From: Eledone cirrhosa
Taxonomy: Eukaryota
Length of the DNA: 64,000 nt
Assembly (NCBI GenBank): GCA_964016885.1
Contig: OZ024741.1
Span: forward strand, 133,796,001 to 133,860,000
Reading direction: 5' to 3'
Shown one piece after another: positions 59,001 through 64,000 of this stretch. The notes beneath the pieces were generated by a model. That model was given only the letters and a program-made list of their open reading frames with translations. It had not been told where the DNA came from and did not search any database. The position numbers and the translations under genes are program-made. Position 1 is the first letter of the stretch. Every line of letters begins with the position of its first letter.

Positions 59001-60218
59001 CCAAATTTATCCTGTTTGTTGTCTGCTTTTCGCGGATTATCGAAATAAAAGGCACGCCAACGCAACCTTTTAATGAACGCGTCTGTTTTCTGTATCAGGA
59101 GTTTTAGGTATGTTTTCCTGCTTGGTACGGGTATGTTCTTTGTAGAAATATTCAGATGTTGTTTCTGCATGATGAATATAAGTCAATAGAGTGCTCAACC
59201 GAGGGAGCCAAATACGCATAGTACGATCTATACGTGGATATTTTACGTCTTGATGTGGTAGCTAAGTATATGTTTTGTTTATACCATTACTTATTTGCAT
59301 AGGTAAGTATATATTACCTGTATGTTTTGTGAAGGTACGTATACCTTCTCGTACGTATATTTGATTGTATATGTTATGGCGTATAATTTTATATTTTCTG
59401 GTACATATGGTTTGGTTATGTGTATACGGGTGTTTTGCGTCTGTGTGGTTATGTAGGTTCGTACGTATGTAGGGTGTGTGTATATGTGTACTTCATGTTT
59501 TGGTTGACTTACGTCTCCGAACATTTGTGTATTTACATGTATGCATGTGTGTGCGCTTGTTATATACGTATTTATTTATTTATATACGTTTATTTAATTA
59601 TTTATTTGTATACACGCATACACACACACACATATTTATATGTGTGTAGTTTTGTATACTTATGGTAAGTGTTTTCGCGTATGCTTGTGTATGTACGTAT
59701 TTGCATGCGTGTATGTATTTATTTAATTTCTATTACCTCTGTATTGTATTTATTTACTTTGTTCTTAACTCTGAAGCGGAGATTCATTCGGTCTCCTAGT
59801 TAGAATTTTAGTCTACGACTTCAGCTATACCATTTACGTGGTTTTGTCTTTGCGTGCAATTGTTCTTCACGCTCCACATATGACGTATTATCTTCGTTTT
59901 TTTCCTTCATTGCCAGAGAACGTCTCTATGAACCACCTAAGAGAACATTAGTCTACGATCTCTTTTATACCATAAACGTGGTTCTGTCTTCGCGCGTAAT
60001 TGTTTTTCACCGCTCCTATTAATGACGTATTATATTCGTTTTTTCCCGTTTTTTGCCAGGGAACGTTTCCACGAACCAAAGTATCGTCTTCCTGTCTTCC
60101 TCCGGTTGCAACGTTTTTTGAAATATTCACTTCTACGTTTACAGATTGACTTTGTTAGTTTCAGAAGATCCCGTTAAGGGTGAAAGCAGCGATTCTTTGC
60201 TTAAACTTTAATCTGTTA

Positions 60219-60226
<8 letters not shown>
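56016..60226 (-). mobile_element. Penelope-like element family C, copy 2, with an inverted 3' UTR arm of about 1 kb; hammerheads at 56129-56179 (minus) and 60157-60207 (plus)
   Basis: ORF pieces 59170..57055 are homologous to 21094-23183. 59214-60226 is inverted relative to about 56110-57062. (TA)n flanks. Confidence 0.95.
57055..59170 (-). pseudogene. PLE family C RT plus GIY-YIG, frameshifted
   Basis: ORFs 58763..59170, 57933..58964, 57442..58104 and 57055..57351. Confidence 0.92.
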
Positions 60227-60283
<57 letters not shown>

Positions 60284-60532
60284 GACGTAAAATAAGAAAA
60301 TTTTAAAAATTAAAAATTAACTTACTTACTAAAATTTTCACTCCAACTAATTAGTTTCTGTAATGGGATAAATATAATTTTTAATTTTTAATTTTTAAAA
60401 TTTTCTTATTTTACGTCTTTCATATAATTGTTCTGCATCCCCCTGCATGGAACCACCTAGGTACTTTGACATAACTTATATATTTGCTAGCATTAGTGTA
60501 CATCTGTACGCATATGTTGGTAGATGTACTAA

Positions 60533-60594
<62 letters not shown>

Positions 60595-60602
<8 letters not shown>

Positions 60603-60938
60603 AAGTTAAATAAAAGTCAAATGATTGTCATATGACTCCAGTTCCTCAGTGAAATAACAACCCAACAAGGAACTGGGCATATCAGAGTATTGACAATATT
60701 ATACACCTCAACTTGTCTATACCATAGTAATTCAAACTGTCTGAAGAGGTCACAGCCAAAGATGGCTGTCACTTAAATATATATAGCAGTAATAAACGAA
60801 GCTAAATTTTAATCATTTGACTTTTATTTAACTTTATTTTACACTACTCCGGAGTAACCAAACCAACCTGCGCACTTCGTCAAGTGCTCCAGCCTGCATA
60901 CTGAGGTGTTGGTATACAACGAACATAAACTCAAAATC

Positions 60939-60945
<7 letters not shown>
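60595..60945 (+). mobile_element. pLTR fragment with a short inverted end and a mutated hammerhead (60736-60790, GAAA>TAAA)
   Basis: Homologous to 29225-29455; 60597-60626 is inverted at 60811-60840. Confidence 0.75.
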
Positions 60946-60988
<43 letters not shown>

Positions 60989-61257
60989 CATATATATAAT
61001 CAATATATTTGGTATAAACATAAAACAAATAAAAGATACAGTATCAAATAAAATCAATTGTAGAAACGTATATAATAGGAAAAGTAAAAATTATAACAGA
61101 CTGAAGTAAAGACAATTATTAAAAATAAGAGATAATTAAAAATAGAAAGAAAGAAGACATGAAAAATTAACAATAAATCAATAAATAAAATAAAACATCG
61201 TTAAATTCAGGAAATATATCTGAACATATCTTAGAGTGATAAGCCTATCTTTCTTTC

Positions 61258-61291
<34 letters not shown>

Positions 61292-61342
61292 GCTCTCTCT
61301 CTCTCCCTCCCTCTCTCTCTCTCTATCTCTCTCTCGCTTCCA

Positions 61343-61439
<97 letters not shown>

Positions 61440-61811
61440 TGTGTGTGTGTATGTATGTATCTATCTACCTATCTATCTATTGGGGAAAATCGACTAACTT
61501 TCAAATTCCATCTGTGATAACATTTTACACGTTTTTATTGTATGTAAACTTCCCCCTTTGTATTTGTCCCCTTCTTTTGTGCCCCTGTGGCTAATAAAGA
61601 AATATATCTATATGTGTGTTCCAATGTAGAAACTATTAGTTTAAGAGAGATGACGTCTTGAAGCCGATCATTAAAAACTACCAGGATTGGACATCAAACA
61701 TATTGTCAGATCTGCCAACTCTAAACAAGATCTTGGTATAAATGAACGTTAAGGAAATATTCAACAGAAACTTTTAGTCCCTTATTTTCCACATATGTGT
61801 ATGTATGTGTG

Positions 61812-61894
<83 letters not shown>

Positions 61895-62100
61895 GTGTGC
61901 GTGCGTGTGCGTGTGTGTGTGTGAATGTGTAATATGTGTATATGTTTGACAACCAGTATATCAAAAGAAACCTGCATCCATGCATTTTGTCTAACAAGAA
62001 CATTATTTGGACTATGTTATACATAAGCCTTGCATCTTCGAAATATATATAATAAAATAGAGATGATCTAAAGTAAATATCTTTTGTTTATTATTATTGA

Positions 62101-62570
62101 TGAGTTCAAATCCCGCCGTGGTTAACTTTGCCTTTCATCCTTACGGGGTCGATAAAATAAAGTACCAGTAATGCACTGGGTAATTGCCTGTCTTGTGCCA
62201 AAAATAGAAACAATTATTATTGACGAGGCGGCGGATTGGCAATATCGCTAGAGGGTCGGACGCCATGCTTTGCAGCAAAGAGTTACGGCCCTTTATGGTC
62301 TGAGTTCAAACTTCGCCGAGGTTAACTTTGCCTTTCATCCTTACGGGGTCGATAAAATAAAGTACCAGTAATACACTGGGGTATTTGCTGGCCTTGTGCC
62401 AAAAGTAGAAACAAGTATTATTGATGCATAGAGTTACGGCCCTTGCCATTCTGAGTTCAAAGCCCGCCGAGGTTAACTTTGCCTTTCATCCCTACGGGGT
62501 CGATAAAATAAAGTACCAGTAATGCACTGAAATAATTGTTGGCCTTTTGCCAAAAGTAAAAACCATTATT
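62101..62570 (+). mobile_element. Three tandem copies of the tRNA-derived SINE
   Basis: Core gttaactttgcctttcatccttacggggtcgataaaataaagtaccag repeated three times with ATT-rich tails. Confidence 0.9.
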
Positions 62571-62581
62571 ATTATTATTAA

Positions 62582-62626
<45 letters not shown>

Positions 62627-62765
62627 GTTTAGGCATTTATGCGCGAATATTTATCTTGTATATGTATGTTTGTGTGTACATATATATTCATTTACATATA
62701 TATTCATTTACACCTGCGTATGTATATTTACTGTGTATATGTGTGTATATACGTTTATATGTATA

Positions 62766-63212
62766 GGCAGAATTCTAGGAGAAGGCCATCCAAAATCACC
62801 GGGAGAGATGACCCCTTAGCCTTTGTCAACGCAGAATTCTAGGAGAAGGAAAACTCTGATATAACACCTGCAACCCTGATGGTATCCAATGATGTTGACT
62901 TGTTCTTGTTTTTGGTAAATATCATCTTGGTTAAGAGAGTGGGACTGGCTTTGTGCAGTGCCTTTGCTCACTATAAAAGCTTCACGGCACAGGCATTGCT
63001 TTATATCTGTAGATCTCTCTGCACTTGTCGTTACATGGTACCATGGGCCCAGCACTATGTGTCAATAATTGTCACAAGTGTAGTGTTTGTACCAGAGTTT
63101 TCAAGTCGCTGGCTGGACTAAAAAGTCACACTCGTTCAGCGCATCATTAGGGGTTCTCCTACATGGATATAAAGTAGTGGCCGTACTCGAAAACGAGTTG
63201 GCAGCCACCATG
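62766..63212 (+). mobile_element. RTE-derived non-autonomous element, third copy
   Basis: Reverse complement of about 39208-39700, without the internal duplication. Confidence 0.8.
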
Positions 63213-63420
63213 TATATGCGTACATATGAAATTGCATGCATTTGTATATTCAAACAACCACTTCATCCAGCCAACCCTACCAACCTTTTCACTAACCCCT
63301 AAACTCCCACCTTCACATTCATCACCTGCTTCCCACTGACCAGTTAACATTTTCATTCTATCATCTTCTTCACACAGCCCAGTTCTCCACCTACTGCCAC
63401 CACCACCAAACAATAATAAT

Positions 63421-64000
63421 AATTGTTTCTACTTTTTGGCACAAGGCCAGCAAATTAACAATGTATTACTGGTACTTTATTTTATCGACCCAATAAGGAT
63501 GAAAGGCAAAGTTAACCTCGGCGGGATTTGAACTCAGAATGGCATGGGCCGTAACTCTATACGTCAAAGCATGGCGTCCGACCCTCTACCGTTACTGCCA
63601 ATCCATCGCCCTTCCAAACAATTATGATAATGATTTCTAGTATAGGCACAAGGCCAGTAATTTGGTGGGGAGGGGAAAGTCGATTAAATTTACCCCAGTT
63701 CATTACTGGTGCTATATTTTATCGACCCCGTAAGGAAGAAAGGCAAAGTTAACCTCGACGGGATTTGAACTCAGACTGTAAAAGACCGTAACTCTATGCT
63801 GCAAAGCATGGCGTCCGACTCTCTACCGATACTGCCAATCCACCGCCCTTCTACGTTTGGCACAAGGCCAGCAATTTCTCCAGTGCATTACTGGTACTTT
63901 ATTTTATCGACCCCCGTAAGGATGAAAGGCAAAGTTAACCTCGACGGGATTTGAACTCAGAGCGTAAAGAGCTATAACTCTCTGTTACAAACCATGGTGT
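63421..64000 (-). mobile_element. Three tandem copies of the tRNA-derived SINE, opposite orientation
   Basis: Same core repeated at about 63470, 63715 and 63895. Confidence 0.9.

Noticed and set aside
62101-64000. Regularly spaced repeats resembling a CRISPR array or tRNA cluster
   Set aside because: Units are 120-220 bp SINE copies with no unique spacers, no cas genes and no complete cloverleaf.

Overview
AT-rich, microsatellite-dense animal genomic DNA. The SINE types and repeat content suggest a mollusc, probably an octopod cephalopod (inference). The only host-gene sequence I can support is a minus-strand exon at about 1-465 encoding the Cys-rich N-terminus and hormone-binding domain of a class B (secretin-family) GPCR. 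The ORF track missed it because it runs off the window edge. Most other recognisable sequence is mobile DNA. There are four coding families of Penelope-like retroelements (PLEs; RT plus C-terminal GIY-YIG) in six large insertions. There are also many short non-coding pseudo-LTR-like pieces, an RTE LINE with a twin-priming inversion, an R4/Dong-like RLE element, RTE-derived short elements, Helitrons and tRNA-derived SINEs. The main signal, read by eye, is about 15 sequence families (about 28 copies) of type I hammerhead ribozyme (HHR) motifs. Many have non-canonical cores (U3-A8, A4, C4, an extra base after A9) and palindromic stem III. They lie near the 3' ends of elements that sit in (TA)n tracts, usually as head-to-head fold-backs with both outer ends being 3' ends at ATA/TAT microhomologies. 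One insertion is an exact unit-length circular permutation, which is compatible with a ribozyme-processed circular RNA intermediate. All ribozyme calls are manual folds and are untested for activity.
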